Below, piece after piece: positions 62,525-64,000 of a stretch of 64,000 bases of DNA. The DNA is taken from the NCBI GenBank assembly GCA_965112735.1, contig OZ218965.1, positions 496,001-560,000 on the forward strand, read 5' to 3'. Source of the stretch: Phaeosaccion multiseriatum (taxonomy: Eukaryota > Protista > Ochrophyta, other classes). The notes below the pieces were generated by a model that was given only the letters and a program-made list of their open reading frames with translations, searched no databases and was not told where the DNA came from. How positions within the stretch are numbered: position 1 is the first letter of the stretch; the number at the start of each line of letters is the position of its first letter. The position numbers and the translations under genes were made by a program.

Positions 62525-63267
62525 CTATACATCAACAAAGGAAAGGCTGCTTCCGTCACTCGCCGAAGGGGCAAGCTCACGGCTCAGGTCATACTCAGTG
62601 AGGCTATGAAGTTGGTTGTTCTCCCCTTCCTCCTCCTCTAACTCCTCTCTGTCGTCCAAGGCGTGAACACTCGCGGGCATGGTGAGGGGAGAGAGTTCGG
62701 CGTGCTCCTCATGGTTGTCGTCGTATGTGGCGGAGTCGTCTCCCGTCTCCCTTTTGAGCTGCAGCAGTGCCTCAGTGCCAGGCACAGAGGCCTCCGACGA
62801 CCACCCCTCCGACGCTGACGCCTGCCCTCCCTCGGAACTGGTCGCCCCGTGGAGAAGTGGGGCGTGCACGTTGACTGTTGCTGAGGTGGTGCTGAGCGAC
62901 ACGCCACCTGCTGTATCAGACCCTTTGCTTTCTTCGACCCCCTCGTCCAAGTGTTGTCGTCGGGCGTGAGCATTACTCACAATCGCATCGCCTCCCAGCC
63001 GCTGCCCTCTTGCTCGCTCCAGCTGCTCTTGTTGCTCCAGCAGAAGGTGTGGCTTGGGGTCGAAGCGAATTTCTCTGTCGAGGAGAGATTTGGCAAGCTG
63101 CTCCAATCGAAGTATCTCCTCGGCCAAGTTCTCATCATTGTCACTGTCGTCATCATCATACCGACTAAGCAAGCTTCTGGTGCTCCCGCTGACGCTTGCG
63201 CTGGGAGTGGTGTTATGGCTTGAGGGGGGGGGGGGCAGCAAGGGGCTGCGATTCTTGCTACTGCTGC

Positions 63268-63316
<49 letters not shown>

Positions 63317-64000
63317 GTTCGATTCGATCGCTGATTGCAGGCGTTGCATCCATACACCCACATCTGCCTCGCGTTGCAAGTCGGTGACTCCACCGCCGTC
63401 CTGCCGATGATGTACTTGCTCGTCCACGTCGGATCCAGAACTGGGGTAGTGCTGCTGTGATGACCGCAGACCATCCGTCGTATTCCTGTCGAGAAGCGAG
63501 CGAAACTCTAGCTCCATGTCCTCGGGGATGGACGGTGTGGATGATGCGACACTTGCTGGCGAGAACGGAGGCAGGGGCCCGAGGGAAGAAGCCGACGAGG
63601 ATATGCTCGACGGCGGAGGGGGCACGGAAATCTTAGACGGAGACGACGCCTTTGAGCCAGACTCATCCTCCTGTGAGCCAGACTCACCCTCCTGTGAGCC
63701 AGACTCATCCTCCTGTGAGCCAGACTCACCCTCCTGTGAGCCAGACTCACCCTCCTGTGAGCCAGACTCATCTTCCTGTGAGCCAGACTCATCCTCCTGT
63801 GAGCCAGACTCACCCTCCTGTGAGCCAGACTCACCCTCCTCCTCTCTTGTGCTGTCCTTGCCCTGCTGCCGCTGCTGCTGCTCAGATATGCTCCTCGTGC
63901 TGGTGCCAGGGCTCGTGCCGCTACTCGCAAGGGAAGGCCCAAGCGAGGGTACGCTGCTTCCGCTGCTTTCGCTGCTGCCACTCTTTGAAGCAGGATGGGC
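62525..64000 (-). CDS. Low-complexity Ser/Glu-rich hypothetical protein, 5' partial
   Basis: The frame of ORF 62525-63625 stays open to the window end (492 codons). Confidence 0.6.
63653..63840 (-). repeat. 21-bp coding minisatellite x9 (E[G/D]ESGSQ)
   Basis: gagccagactca occurs nine times at 21-bp spacing. Confidence 0.93.

Overview
Eukaryotic genomic DNA: GC-rich, with short GT/GC-AG introns, and a gene content resembling an ochrophyte or other stramenopile (inference). There are three zones. (1) 0.36-5.1 kb holds a 14-exon minus-strand LRR-ROC-COR-TIR (ROCO) gene. Nearly every LRR is its own 72-nt phase-1 exon. The ~76-nt introns between them are near-identical, while the solvent-exposed LRR codons vary strongly, which makes this a candidate diversifying immune receptor. 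(2) About 5.7-46.2 kb is gene-poor and repetitive. It contains Ty3/Gypsy and Helitron remnants, foldback DNA and a ~30-kb satellite of 155/187-bp monomers with higher-order repeats (centromere-like). The satellite is invaded by a non-autonomous LTR element and by an unclassified A/B-ended element family (split direct repeats plus Helentron-like ends), and both carry the same unknown ORF cassette. (3) 46.4-64 kb is gene-dense: a CobW/COG0523 GTPase, a TPR/ST7-like protein, kinesin-14, an RCC1-repeat protein, a U-box protein, PIG-T and a partial low-complexity ORF. All coordinates were read by eye and no database searches were run.
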